Below are positions 53,281 to 63,999 of a stretch of 64,000 nucleotides of DNA, in pieces. The notes beneath the pieces were generated by a model. The model saw only the letters and a program-made list of their open reading frames with translations. It did no database searches and was not told the origin of the DNA. Both the position numbers and the translations under genes were made by a program. This DNA comes from Candidatus Poribacteria bacterium (GTDB lineage: Bacteria > Poribacteria > WGA-4E > UBA9662), in assembly GCA_046582655.1 (NCBI GenBank), contig JAYGDX010000089.1, forward strand, positions 34,229-98,228, read 5' to 3'. How positions within the stretch are numbered: position 1 is the first letter of the stretch; every line of letters begins with the position of its first letter.

Positions 53281-54255
53281 ATGAGTAATTTCGTTGTAGT
53301 TGATACACCGACAGAACGCGCCGTTTTTCAACAGGATGTCGAATACAGAGCTGACATCAAGGTTTCTGGCCGTTGTGGAGGCGAAGCTACCCATATTGAG
53401 ATTCTTGCCTCAATGGACGGTAAGTTGCAAAGTTCATTTACGATTAACTTGAGTAACGATCAATCCTTCTCAACCATGATTGAACTTGCAGCTGGAGGAT
53501 GGTACCACCTGCAGTTTCATGCTGTTTGCAATGAAGAAATCCTGGCGACAGCTGATGTTGAGAGAGTCGGAGTTGGTGAAGTCTTTATAACTGCGGGACA
53601 GTCAAACTCAGCTAACCATGGACACCCAAGGCAGAATACAGAGGATGATAGGATCGTTGCACTGGGAGAAAATGGCTGGCAAACTGCAGATGATCCACAA
53701 CCGATAGCTACTGGTGAAGGAGGAACACCATGGCCCCTACTGGGAAATCTAATGATCAAAGATATTAATTTGCCGATTGGGTTTGTCTCCATTGGTGTGG
53801 GAGGAACTGCAGTTTGCCAATGGGACCCGGATATTGAAGGTTCACTTTATTTCCGCCTTCAGCAAGCTATCTACCGCTTGACTCCGAACGGTGCACGTGC
53901 GGTTCTTTGGCATCAAGGTGAATCCGATACCGTAAATGGTACATCTGCAGATTCTTATGCGGCAGGTATGAAAAAAATAATTTGTCAGTCCCGTAAGGAT
54001 GCCAATTCGAATTTGCTTTGGATCATAGCACAAGTTTCTTTTATTGGTGAGGATCACGCAGACAAACAGGCAGACATTCTAGCGGGGCAAAAGAAACTAG
54101 TTGAACAGAAGTTGGCGTTTGAGGGACCAACTACCGACGATTTAGTTGGTGAAAAACACCGTTATGATAGCGTGCATTTTGGTCAACTCGGCTTGGAGAT
54201 ACACGCCCAAAGATGGTTGGATATTATTAAACACTGTTTTCATTTGGGTCGATAG
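53281..54255 (+). CDS. SASA/CE6-like SGNH acetylesterase
   Basis: AGQSNS, WHQGESD, DSVH. Confidence 0.85.
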   Translation: MSNFVVVDTPTERAVFQQDVEYRADIKVSGRCGGEATHIEILASMDGKLQSSFTINLSNDQSFSTMIELAAGGWYHLQFHAVCNEEILATADVERVGVGEVFITAGQSNSANHGHPRQNTEDDRIVALGENGWQTADDPQPIATGEGGTPWPLLGNLMIKDINLPIGFVSIGVGGTAVCQWDPDIEGSLYFRLQQAIYRLTPNGARAVLWHQGESDTVNGTSADSYAAGMKKIICQSRKDANSNLLWIIAQVSFIGEDHADKQADILAGQKKLVEQKLAFEGPTTDDLVGEKHRYDSVHFGQLGLEIHAQRWLDIIKHCFHLGR

Positions 54256-54350
54256 TCGAATTCTTGTTCCATCTCCCAATTTTTTTCTTGCTTTAAGAGG
54301 GATCTATCTTAAGAACAAGCATTCCTTGGTGGATACAGAGGCGTTTACTT

Positions 54351-55094
54351 TTATTGCCTGCCCCTGAGTTTTAAACCCTTCACTTTAAAAGCCAATCGTT
54401 GATGAATTAGGATAAAGATCAGTAATGCGACCGCAAAATACCCGCCGACATTCAACCATACTTTTGGATTGCTTTCTGGCTTCACTGTCTCTATTAGAAT
54501 AGTCAACGGACTGATCCACCAAATAGGTTTGGGAGCAACAAGTGGCAGGAAGATGACAGCAAGAATTATTCCATAACCATATGACAAAATATTCTCATGA
54601 AGGCTGAGCGCAAGACTAAAACTAATCAATACAAAGAGTGTGTTCGTCGAAAGAAATACAATCCCACAGGTCAGCAAATCTCTTAGCCTGAATCCGCCTG
54701 TAAAGGTTGATAATATGAAGATCGGAGCAGTCATCAGTATTAGGGCAAATAACGCTAATAACACTCCGGTCAGTTTACCAAGAAGTATTTGAACCACCGA
54801 TAATCGGGAGAGATAAAGTAAGTCGAAGTTCGCGTTTCGTCGTTCATCTTGGATAGATTCAATCGCAAGAATTGGCGCAACGACTCCAGTAATGGCTATA
54901 AATAGTGTGGACACAAGTATGGTGAAAATATTGCGTCCTGTATCGATTTGTGAGTTTGATCGGGTTGATACAAAGTATTCGACGGTTGCAATAAAAAACA
55001 TGGCTGAAATCAGTAAAACAATTGAAAATTGGAGCAGTCGATACTTTGGTTGATTAGCGTGCAAGCGCAGATCTTTTATGATAATGGCGAACAT
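54351..55094 (-). CDS. ABC-2 type transporter permease
   Basis: SIQDERRNANFDLLYLSRLS..ILLGKL; about 6 TM helices. Confidence 0.8.
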   Translation of the reverse strand: MFAIIIKDLRLHANQPKYRLLQFSIVLLISAMFFIATVEYFVSTRSNSQIDTGRNIFTILVSTLFIAITGVVAPILAIESIQDERRNANFDLLYLSRLSVVQILLGKLTGVLLALFALILMTAPIFILSTFTGGFRLRDLLTCGIVFLSTNTLFVLISFSLALSLHENILSYGYGIILAVIFLPLVAPKPIWWISPLTILIETVKPESNPKVWLNVGGYFAVALLIFILIHQRLAFKVKGLKLRGRQ

Positions 55095-55204
55095 GGGAAT
55101 AGTATTATAAGCGATTTGAACCGACTGGGCAAGTAGCTGCTACTTGAGAATTGGATCTGAGTATGTTATTTAAATAAGGAACAAAATTGGGGAGAAATAA
55201 AATC

Positions 55205-56182
55205 ATGTTGAAGAACCTGTTCACTCTGATGTTAGTGACTTTAAGCGGAATTATACTGATTTTTGTTTCAAACAGCGGCTTGCAGGCTGCATACAACAAT
55301 GAGTGTTGGGTAGTGTCTGGAGGTGACACGATTTGGAAAGTCGATTCCAATGATGGGAAGGCATTTCCAAATACAATTACAATCCCTGACGTGAGCCAAG
55401 TCGAGGCGGTAGAAGTTGATCCAAAAACTGGTATCGTCTGGATCGCTGTCAAGGCGGCAAATACCGTTTACAGATATGATACCGAAACAGGAGAATTCAA
55501 ACCTGTTACGGTGAAAGGATGGCGTCCTCAGAAATTATCGATTAACCCGGTTGACGGCACCGTTTGGGGTGGTGGGATAGATGTAGTCAATAAAGTTTCG
55601 GCTGATGGAAACACAATTCTGGCCACAATCAAGGGCGTCTATGAACCGGATGTTTCTGTCAACACTGCTGATGGTAGTTGCTGGGTAACGGACTCCAGAG
55701 GACAGAAAGTCTCACGCTATAGTGCGGAAGGCACGCTACTTACAGTGCCCTATACCGCATTGAAAGAACCCAAATATGTTTCTGTAAATTCCAAAACGGG
55801 CAATGTCTGGGCAACCGATCCGCGAGGCAACGATATCGTGAAGCTTAACGCAAACGGTCAAGAATTGTTGCGTATTACAGATATCATCGATATGCCGATT
55901 TCTCCACGTGTTAATGCTGACGATAGCGTTTGGCTAATTTCCGGCAATAATACCTTGATGAAACTTTCAGCTGATGGTTCCAAGTTAGTTGAGGAACCGG
56001 CGGGAGTAGTAGTCACGCTTATCAGCGTTAACCCAAAGGACGGTACTGTATGGGCTGCAGATCAACTTGGACAAAACTTCACCGGAGAAGTCATCAAGTT
56101 TTCCGCCCAAGGGCAAAAGATGATTGGTAATCCAATATTTCAGCCTTCCTATGTTTCTATCGGTCATTGGCCGACTCAGTAG
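55205..56182 (+). CDS. Secreted beta-propeller repeat protein
   Basis: Signal peptide; repeated (S/E)V(N/D)P.DG.VW..D.....V.K.S.DG units; GGAG RBS. Confidence 0.78.
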   Translation: MLKNLFTLMLVTLSGIILIFVSNSGLQAAYNNECWVVSGGDTIWKVDSNDGKAFPNTITIPDVSQVEAVEVDPKTGIVWIAVKAANTVYRYDTETGEFKPVTVKGWRPQKLSINPVDGTVWGGGIDVVNKVSADGNTILATIKGVYEPDVSVNTADGSCWVTDSRGQKVSRYSAEGTLLTVPYTALKEPKYVSVNSKTGNVWATDPRGNDIVKLNANGQELLRITDIIDMPISPRVNADDSVWLISGNNTLMKLSADGSKLVEEPAGVVVTLISVNPKDGTVWAADQLGQNFTGEVIKFSAQGQKMIGNPIFQPSYVSIGHWPTQ

Positions 56183-56249
56183 ATCTATGGTACGATTCGC
56201 GGACAAACACTTTGAAAATGTCTGCAAATTTAATCTGGTGAATGGCTGA

Positions 56250-58664
56250 ATGGGTAAATACAGTGTTTCCTTGATACTGCTTTTCCTTGCTGTTGGTACT
56301 TGCCCTCAAACTGATAATGTTCCGCTGCCCAATTTCAGCGGTACTCATATCAATTTCTCCAATCCTCACCCTGTTGAAGGAGAAGAGATCACGATTTCGA
56401 TCAGCGTGCAGAATACGGGGGAAACTTCCCCTACTCTCAATGAAGATCTCATAGTGAGCCTATTCGAAGGGGATCCAGAAAAAAATCCCCTTCAAATTAT
56501 GTGCCAACAAGTTCTCATTGGACTGGATGTTAATCAAACAAAGACAATTAGAACACGATGGAAACCACCTGCGGGACCTACCACCATTTATGCAGTTATC
56601 AATCCTAACCAAAGCGAGAAATATATTCGTGAATCAGATTTGACCGATAATGTTGCTTCTGCTTCGCTGGTGGCGTCGCCTCGCCAGTTCCCGCATGCCA
56701 CTCCTGAACAAATTGGAAATGCAATCAATCGCGGGATAGAGTGGATTAAATCCCAACGTGGCAGGCATAGTCGATTATGCCTGCAATGCGGTACAGAGAA
56801 TCAGATCGTGATGGGTTGTGTTATCTGTGGTGCGACTCTAAAGGGATTGCCGGAGGATTTAATCCCGGGTCCGGCATGGGATTTTGGCGAAGACAGTCGC
56901 CAGGAAACGGCAATTGCACTTCTTACACTCCTATCCGCTGGGGTTGCGGTTGAGGATGCCGTTATTCGAGAAGGGTTGGATTTCCTGATAGTTCAAGACT
57001 GGAATAATTTTGCCGTTTATCAGTTCGCCATTATATTACCGGCGCTGGTGGCGACCAATGATCAAAAGTATCGACAGCGTGCCCAGTTTGCAGTAGACCA
57101 AATTGTCAAGAGACAGCTATCGGGAGAAAACGACGAGTTCTCTGACCCACGTGATGATGGTGGCTGGGGATACGGAGCCACAGCCGATGGTGCGCACATG
57201 AATATGGTCATTTATGCGCTCTACGCCGCAAAACAATGGGGACTTGAAATACCTCAAGAGACATGGAGACGAGCTGAAAAATGGATTCGGCGGAACCAGA
57301 TAGAGACTGGCGGCTGGCTTTATAACCTAGTTGATAATGGGTCTCCTTGGGCAGACGGTGTCTATGGTAGCATGACGGCAACGGGGTTGTGGGCTCTGCG
57401 TGCCTGTGGTGTGCCGATGGAAGATCCGCAGATTCAAAAAGGGTTAACGTGGATAAAAAAATACTGGACACTCACTCGCAATCCAGGTGCCCTCTCCTGG
57501 CATTACTATTATTTGCTTTCGCTACAACGCTTTGCTGATATCCCGCCAAAATTAGATAAATTGCTTAGTCATAACTGGTATCAGGAGATTGCGGATATGC
57601 TGGTAGCCGAACAACAAACAGACGGTCAGTGGATTGATTCAGATGCTTACTTCCCAACCACCTGTTTTGCCCTGATGTTTCTGACACGATCACTGCCAAA
57701 ATCCATAAAGCCTAACCTAGGTATTGTTAAACGGAGCCTGCGCGTTTCTCCGCCTTCGCCGCGTGTTGGCGAACCGATGCGACTTAGCGTAACCGTTACC
57801 AACACAGGTTCTCCTCTCGACGCAATCGGGGAAATCGATTTTTTTGATGGAGATCTGACCCGCAAAGGAGATCAGATTGCATGGCAACATGTCATCTTTA
57901 CACCAAATCTTGATGAAACGATGGTGTCGGTTGATTGGACAGCCAAGCGGACAGGTGACCATCAGATACACGTTACCATCGATCCACAACAACAAATTGA
58001 AGATATTGATCGTAGCAACAACACAATTTCACAAAGTATAAGGATCCGCCCTAAATCAGCGGAAGCGGTTGATCCGACCAGTCAGATCCACAAGTTAAGT
58101 GACAGCCTTTACCAGATTGGTGAAGTGTTGGTTGAAACAGTTGAACGGAAAGTGACCATCAACGGAACAATCAATATTGTTAATAGCGATACAATCCTTG
58201 AGTTCTTTGCTAGTGGTAAATTGGGCAAAACGCATGAGAGTTTGATTATGCTTGAAGCTGAGCCGATTCATATCCAAGTTGCTCTGTTACGTTTGGACAT
58301 GAATCCCGGCATGAATTTAACGGTACAGGGAGATCCACATCCTCCCGAAGGTGATTCAGCTGAGATATGGATTGAATGGCAACGTCAAGGTCAAACGGTT
58401 CGCTATCATGCTGAGGAATTGGTATGGAATTCAATCACGGATAAACCCATGCAACCCACGGATTGGATTATGACGGGCGCACGGATCGTTAATAATCAAT
58501 TCACAGCTCAGCTTTTTCACAATGTAATTGCTCTTTATCGTGATCCAGATTCAATCTTCAATCATCCATTTATTGATGGCACTGATGATCGCACCTTTCG
58601 GGTTAATAGCGAAGTCATCCCACCCAAGGGTACAAAAGTGAAGGTGATCATAAAGCCGATTTAA
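56250..58664 (+). CDS. Secreted multidomain protein: CARDB, prenyltransferase/squalene-cyclase-like barrel, CARDB, YdjY-like domain
   Basis: VQNTG...ESDLTDN and VTNTG...DRSNN CARDB units; DGGWGY, SMTATGL, HYYYLLSLQR, TCFALMFL barrel repeats; LEFFA...KTHESL...ALL.L...PG tail. Confidence 0.72.
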   Translation: MGKYSVSLILLFLAVGTCPQTDNVPLPNFSGTHINFSNPHPVEGEEITISISVQNTGETSPTLNEDLIVSLFEGDPEKNPLQIMCQQVLIGLDVNQTKTIRTRWKPPAGPTTIYAVINPNQSEKYIRESDLTDNVASASLVASPRQFPHATPEQIGNAINRGIEWIKSQRGRHSRLCLQCGTENQIVMGCVICGATLKGLPEDLIPGPAWDFGEDSRQETAIALLTLLSAGVAVEDAVIREGLDFLIVQDWNNFAVYQFAIILPALVATNDQKYRQRAQFAVDQIVKRQLSGENDEFSDPRDDGGWGYGATADGAHMNMVIYALYAAKQWGLEIPQETWRRAEKWIRRNQIETGGWLYNLVDNGSPWADGVYGSMTATGLWALRACGVPMEDPQIQKGLTWIKKYWTLTRNPGALSWHYYYLLSLQRFADIPPKLDKLLSHNWYQEIADMLVAEQQTDGQWIDSDAYFPTTCFALMFLTRSLPKSIKPNLGIVKRSLRVSPPSPRVGEPMRLSVTVTNTGSPLDAIGEIDFFDGDLTRKGDQIAWQHVIFTPNLDETMVSVDWTAKRTGDHQIHVTIDPQQQIEDIDRSNNTISQSIRIRPKSAEAVDPTSQIHKLSDSLYQIGEVLVETVERKVTINGTINIVNSDTILEFFASGKLGKTHESLIMLEAEPIHIQVALLRLDMNPGMNLTVQGDPHPPEGDSAEIWIEWQRQGQTVRYHAEELVWNSITDKPMQPTDWIMTGARIVNNQFTAQLFHNVIALYRDPDSIFNHPFIDGTDDRTFRVNSEVIPPKGTKVKVIIKPI

Positions 58665-58700
58665 TGCACAGTTTGACACAGGGCTGTTGCAATCGGGGGA

Positions 58701-60521
58701 TTGGGCATGGTTATACGAATCATACTCCAAGGAAAAGATGTGAGGTTTTTGTTACGAAAATCGATTCCTAAAATCACTATTAATCCTTTCCATTTTCTCC
58801 AAGTAATCATTTTAATCTTGCTTGCCCGTCAGGCAATCGTATGTGTACGAGTTGACGCCCAAGAGTTGGGTTCAGACAGATTTGCTATTTTCAAACGTGC
58901 CACATCAACGGGAATCAACTTCACACATTCTCAAGGTAGTCGCACCTCACTACTACCTGAGGATATGGGATCTGGTGCTGGTTTCGCCGACTACGATAGC
59001 GATGGGGATCTGGACCTTTATATTGTTAACAATCCAGGGCCTCTTGGTCAACAGATCACCGATATGTCAGCGACAAATGTCCTTTACCGCAACAATGGAA
59101 ACGGAAGTTTTACCGATGTTACGATTGAAACAAACGTAGGCGATCAAGGATACGGTATGGGATGTATTTTCGGTGATTACGATAATGACGGCGATCTGGA
59201 TCTTTATGTCACTAACTATGGACCAAATGTCCTTTACCGAAACAACGGAAACGGAAGTTTTACAAACGTCACCGTGGATGCTGGCGTTGGCAACTCACTT
59301 TGGAGTACTGGAGCTGCTTTCGGGGATTATGACCAAGATGGCGACCTGGACTTATACGTACCTAATTACGTTGAATATGATCTGAGTGGGTTGGAACATA
59401 TGCAGGAGGAATCAATACAGGCAGGCAAACCAGTTCCAAGCGCACTAAATCCACACATCTTTATACCGCAGGATAATGTCTTATATCGGAACGATAGCGA
59501 TGGTACGTTTTCCGATGTAACCGCTGAACTTGGTGTTGAGGCGCGTGGAGGCAGAAGTTTACAGGCAATCTTTTCTGATCTTGATCTGGATGGCGATCTG
59601 GATCTATACGTGGCTAACGACACATCCCCCAATTTTGTCTATCGGAACAACGGCGACGGAACATTTGAGGATATCAGTGAGGCGTCTTGGGCTGCCGACT
59701 TTCGGGGTTCGATGGGAATAACAAGTGGCGATTATGATGGAGATCAGGATTTAGATCTTTTTATCAGCCACTGGATCGATGAAGAAAACGCACTGTACAG
59801 AAATCTTTGGACGGAAGAAAACAACCTTGTTTTCAACACTTTAGAGAATCAAAATGAGAAAACGTCCATTCGTCTTGTTGATGAATCATATGGGGCGGCG
59901 CTGGGTGAAGAGAGTCTGAAATATATTGGTTGGGGCACGGATTTCTTTGATTACGACAACGATGGTGACTTAGATATCTTTGTTACAAACGGGAGTTCGT
60001 TCCAGCAACTCGGCCAACCTCAGTATCTGATTGCGCAGAAAGATCAACTTTTTCGTAATGATGGGGAAGGGATTTTCGCTGATGTAAGCGAAGTTTCAGG
60101 AATTGCCTCAATGCCATTTCGCGTTGGACGTGGAGCAACCTTTGGAGATTACGATAACGACGGTGATGTTGATATCTTCATTGTTAACAACCATGAACAA
60201 GCCGTTTTACTGCGAAACGAAACACGTTCACATAATTGGCTTCATGTCAAATTGATCGGGACACTCGGTAATCGTGACGGGATAGGATCAAAAATCCGGC
60301 TTCGGTCAGGAAATATAACTCAACTGCGTGAGATCATAGCTGGATCAAGCTACATGTCTTTTAACAGCCTGATAGCAGAATTCGGGTTAGGTAGTCAGAT
60401 GTTAGTTGATTGGCTTGAAGTCAGGTGGTTGAATGGAAAGATCGAACAATTCACCGATATTGAAGTTAACCAACAGATTGTAATTCAGGAAGGTGGGGGA
60501 ATTACTCGAATCAGAAAATAA
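58701..60521 (+). CDS. CRTAC1-family protein (FG-GAP/VCBS repeats + ASPIC/UnbV)
   Basis: Many DYDxDGDLDLY repeats; NRDGIGSKI, FGLG, EVRW; start codon uncertain. Confidence 0.9.
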   Translation: MGMVIRIILQGKDVRFLLRKSIPKITINPFHFLQVIILILLARQAIVCVRVDAQELGSDRFAIFKRATSTGINFTHSQGSRTSLLPEDMGSGAGFADYDSDGDLDLYIVNNPGPLGQQITDMSATNVLYRNNGNGSFTDVTIETNVGDQGYGMGCIFGDYDNDGDLDLYVTNYGPNVLYRNNGNGSFTNVTVDAGVGNSLWSTGAAFGDYDQDGDLDLYVPNYVEYDLSGLEHMQEESIQAGKPVPSALNPHIFIPQDNVLYRNDSDGTFSDVTAELGVEARGGRSLQAIFSDLDLDGDLDLYVANDTSPNFVYRNNGDGTFEDISEASWAADFRGSMGITSGDYDGDQDLDLFISHWIDEENALYRNLWTEENNLVFNTLENQNEKTSIRLVDESYGAALGEESLKYIGWGTDFFDYDNDGDLDIFVTNGSSFQQLGQPQYLIAQKDQLFRNDGEGIFADVSEVSGIASMPFRVGRGATFGDYDNDGDVDIFIVNNHEQAVLLRNETRSHNWLHVKLIGTLGNRDGIGSKIRLRSGNITQLREIIAGSSYMSFNSLIAEFGLGSQMLVDWLEVRWLNGKIEQFTDIEVNQQIVIQEGGGITRIRK

Positions 60522-60792
60522 ATCACTTTTACTTGAACCCAAGTGGGCCATTGGCGATCAATTAAAAACAAGTCGTTTCTGCCCTGATCTATATATTTTA
60601 TACATAATTAAGAAGAAAACTTAACCTTGGACAAAGGGCAAATTCCTAACTATTATCAGATAATTTTTTACCCATGACCACTTAGCATAATATATTTTAC
60701 TGGAGTTTTAAAACGATTTGGATATCCATCAATCTACTGGTTACTATGGTTAAATCCAGTTAATATTATTGCTGTCAGAATGTCAACTGAAG

Positions 60793-63700
60793 TTAGGATT
60801 TATCCTCTGGAATTTCGCCTGTTTTTCTAATTGACATCTGCATGGTGTCGATTTCTCGACGTAAAATAACCCCCCATTGCCCAACAGTCCAGAGCACATT
60901 ATTGTTTTTAGCCTTAACAATTGCATAAAGATCATTAGCAATGTCAGTATGTTCTTGTTCCCAAGTTTCGCCGCCATCCATGGAGTGGATTATTGTACCG
61001 GCAGCACCAACCGCGTAGATTTCCTTTTCGGACAACACACAGATACTATAAAGTTCCTGGGTGACATTGCTTGGGATCGCTTCCCATTCAAAACCGCCAT
61101 CGGTAGTACGCAGGACAATTCCGTAACGCCCAACCGCCCATCCTTTCCGCTTGGTGACAAACGAGACAGCATTTAAACTATAGCCTGTATCTGTTTCGTG
61201 GTGTCTCCAATACTCGCCACCGTTGATCGTGCGTTGCACAATTCCGGCGTTACCCACCGCCCAACCAAGAGGAGCAAACTTCATTTCAACATTAGCAAGG
61301 TTAGCACTAGTGGATGTACGTTGGGCAGCCCATATCGGACCACCATCCTGATTGTGGATTATTTGTCCATTCCTACCAACTGCCCAACCTTCCGAAAATC
61401 TGCCAAAAGCAACATCGTTAATGGTAAATGGTATCGGAAAATCCTCTTCGTAAACAGGTGGGCGCACCGGCGTTTGTCCAGCTGACCATTTGACCCCATC
61501 AGTAGTGTAAAGAACCGTACCATCACGTTGCATTGACCAACCCCATTTTGGATCAAGACTCGGAAAATGAACACCAACCAAAGTTTGCTGTGTTCCAATT
61601 TGCAAAGTTTGCCAAGTTATTCCGCCGTCTTGCGTTTCTATCAACAAGCCGTTCTCACCAGAAATCCATCCCTGCTGACCACTGAGAAACAACACATCGC
61701 GAAGGTTATCAAGACTACGGCCGCCAAGTTGGCGTTCCCACGTCTGACCACCATCGGCAGTATGGTATATGTGCGCACCATTACCGACAGCCCAGACCTT
61801 CTGATCATTGAGGAAATGAGCGGTCTTCACAAGTTGGGCTGCACCTCTTCCACGTCCAAAACCACGACCTCCGCGTCCCCCACGAGGTCTACCGGAACCA
61901 CCCCTTTCACTTCTGGTTTCTCGGTTTCTTGGGGTAGTAGTCTCAACATTTTCGCTGGTTTCAGCAAGCGTTCCCTCTTGCGCAAATCGTCCAGGACGCA
62001 GGCGTTGATTTTGTCGGCGCTGTTGAAAATTCTCAGCAAAATTTTCATCATCTTGAAAACGATTTTCAGGGAGAACCGAGGAACCTGCTTCATCTGCAGG
62101 TTGAGTTGGAACATTCCCTTCTCCTAGCAGCATATCGAACCAATCAATTTCACCGTCATCATCATCCTCTTCTTCTTCAAGTTGCAGCCTCTCCCAGCTC
62201 CTGCCTTGGTCACGCGTGGTTAAAACAGCTCCGCCTCCGCCAATGCCCCAGGCACGAGTATGATCATGGAATTTGATTCGACGGATTCGCCCATTCATAT
62301 CCGATGTCCTCCGTTTCCATGTCAGTCCTCCATCTTCCGTAGTAAGCGAGACCCCATCTCCCATCAGTACCCAGCCAGACTGAGAATCGACAAAATGAAT
62401 TGCTACACCCGGCTGGTTGGTTTTGGCGAGAATCTTCCAGTATTCTCCACTATTAACTGTGTGAAGAATGTAGCCGCCATCTCGGCGTTGTGGAGTGACT
62501 GCCCAGCCCTCCTGACTATTAATAAAGTGGAGATCGGTGATTGATTTGTCAGTCATACCCGTTCTCTGCAGTTTCCAGGTTAACCCGCCGTCGGTGGTAT
62601 GAACAGTTTGACCAATATTGACTCCCAGCCATCCTTCTTCAGCATTGATAAACTTCATGGTACTAATACGTCTAAAGTTCTGTAAGACACCTCTAATGAT
62701 CTGCCAAGTTTGTCCACCGTCTTCGGTCCGCAGCAGCATCCGACTCCCAACAATCCATCCGTGAGATTGATCGACAAATGTGATCAGTTGCAAATTACTA
62801 TCCACACCACTGTGTTGTGGCTTCCACTTCTTGCCACCGTCAGTTGTATGTGCAATCACACCGTTAGACCCAACTGCCCAACCACGTATCTCATCAAGAA
62901 AATAGGTGTCGGCAAAGTCAGTTTGCCAAGTTGCCTGGCGAACAATTTCCCAGTGATAGACAACTTCCTCAACTGTTGGTGCTTCGTCTTCATCGGATTC
63001 AATAGCGTCCGCTACTGGCGGCATTTCAACCGGTAGTTTTTCGGCATCGATAGAATAACGCATGGCGATGCCACCTTGACCAACAGCCACCATTCCATCA
63101 GGGGAGAGAGCGAATCCGAGTAGGTCGTTTTCCGTGCCACTTTCTTGAAGTTCCCACTTGACTCCTCCATTGGTGGTCGTCAGGATTATGCCGTTATTTC
63201 CAACAATGATCCCGTGTTTGTCATCTGCCAGATAGATTTTGTTTAGGTTTTCACCCGTACCGCTCCTTTGAAATTTCCAGGTTTCGCCTCCATCTTCGGT
63301 GCGCAGAATTTCTCCAAACTGGCCGACAATCCATCCCCTTTGATTATTAATAAAATAAACAGCATACAATTCATTGAAAGTTCCAGAGTTTTGGGACGTC
63401 CAGGACAATCCACCGTTGTGTGTGTGTAGAACCACGCCTGGCCAACCGATAGCCCAGCCTTCCCGTCGGTCGAGAAAGAAAACACCCTTTAACGATTGGA
63501 ATTGGCCAGGCATCTGCGGTATCCAAGATCGTCCACCATCAGCGGTATGCAGAATCGTACCCAATTCACCAACTGCCCATCCTACTTTGGGATCAACAAA
63601 ATAGATGGCGTTAAGTGTCAGCCCCATCCCACTGTCCTGACGCTCCCATGTCATTCCTGCATCGATAGTGTGGATAATCATGCGACGGTCGCCGACAGCC

Positions 63701-63999
63701 CAACCTTCCTTATCGGAAACAAAGTAGATGCCGCTGATATCATCCCAGATTTCTGTTTCAACCTCGTTCCACGTTCGTCCACCATCTTGACTCATAGCGA
63801 TGGTACCGCGTTTACCAACAGCAACGGCACGATTGGCGTCAGCAAACTGGACATTTTGAAGGTCATTCGCAGTAGTGCCGCTTTGCATTTCCCATGTTTG
63901 ACCTCCATCTTTTGAGTGCATTATGGTACCGTACCAACCAACAGCCCAAGCCTCCTTTGGATGGGTAAATTGAATGGCAGTCAGGTTGTTCTCTGTGAC
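60793..63999 (-). CDS. Large YCF48-like/BNR-repeat propeller protein, 5' end outside the window
   Basis: Numerous GWAVG..G.I..T.DGG..W repeats; the frame stays open upstream of 63921 to the window edge (VTENNLTAIQFTHPKEAWAVGWYG). Confidence 0.9.
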   Translation of the reverse strand, partial: VTENNLTAIQFTHPKEAWAVGWYGTIMHSKDGGQTWEMQSGTTANDLQNVQFADANRAVAVGKRGTIAMSQDGGRTWNEVETEIWDDISGIYFVSDKEGWAVGDRRMIIHTIDAGMTWERQDSGMGLTLNAIYFVDPKVGWAVGELGTILHTADGGRSWIPQMPGQFQSLKGVFFLDRREGWAIGWPGVVLHTHNGGLSWTSQNSGTFNELYAVYFINNQRGWIVGQFGEILRTEDGGETWKFQRSGTGENLNKIYLADDKHGIIVGNNGIILTTTNGGVKWELQESGTENDLLGFALSPDGMVAVGQGGIAMRYSIDAEKLPVEMPPVADAIESDEDEAPTVEEVVYHWEIVRQATWQTDFADTYFLDEIRGWAVGSNGVIAHTTDGGKKWKPQHSGVDSNLQLITFVDQSHGWIVGSRMLLRTEDGGQTWQIIRGVLQNFRRISTMKFINAEEGWLGVNIGQTVHTTDGGLTWKLQRTGMTDKSITDLHFINSQEGWAVTPQRRDGGYILHTVNSGEYWKILAKTNQPGVAIHFVDSQSGWVLMGDGVSLTTEDGGLTWKRRTSDMNGRIRRIKFHDHTRAWGIGGGGAVLTTRDQGRSWERLQLEEEEDDDDGEIDWFDMLLGEGNVPTQPADEAGSSVLPENRFQDDENFAENFQQRRQNQRLRPGRFAQEGTLAETSENVETTTPRNRETRSERGGSGRPRGGRGGRGFGRGRGAAQLVKTAHFLNDQKVWAVGNGAHIYHTADGGQTWERQLGGRSLDNLRDVLFLSGQQGWISGENGLLIETQDGGITWQTLQIGTQQTLVGVHFPSLDPKWGWSMQRDGTVLYTTDGVKWSAGQTPVRPPVYEEDFPIPFTINDVAFGRFSEGWAVGRNGQIIHNQDGGPIWAAQRTSTSANLANVEMKFAPLGWAVGNAGIVQRTINGGEYWRHHETDTGYSLNAVSFVTKRKGWAVGRYGIVLRTTDGGFEWEAIPSNVTQELYSICVLSEKEIYAVGAAGTIIHSMDGGETWEQEHTDIANDLYAIVKAKNNNVLWTVGQWGVILRREIDTMQMSIRKTGEIPEDKS

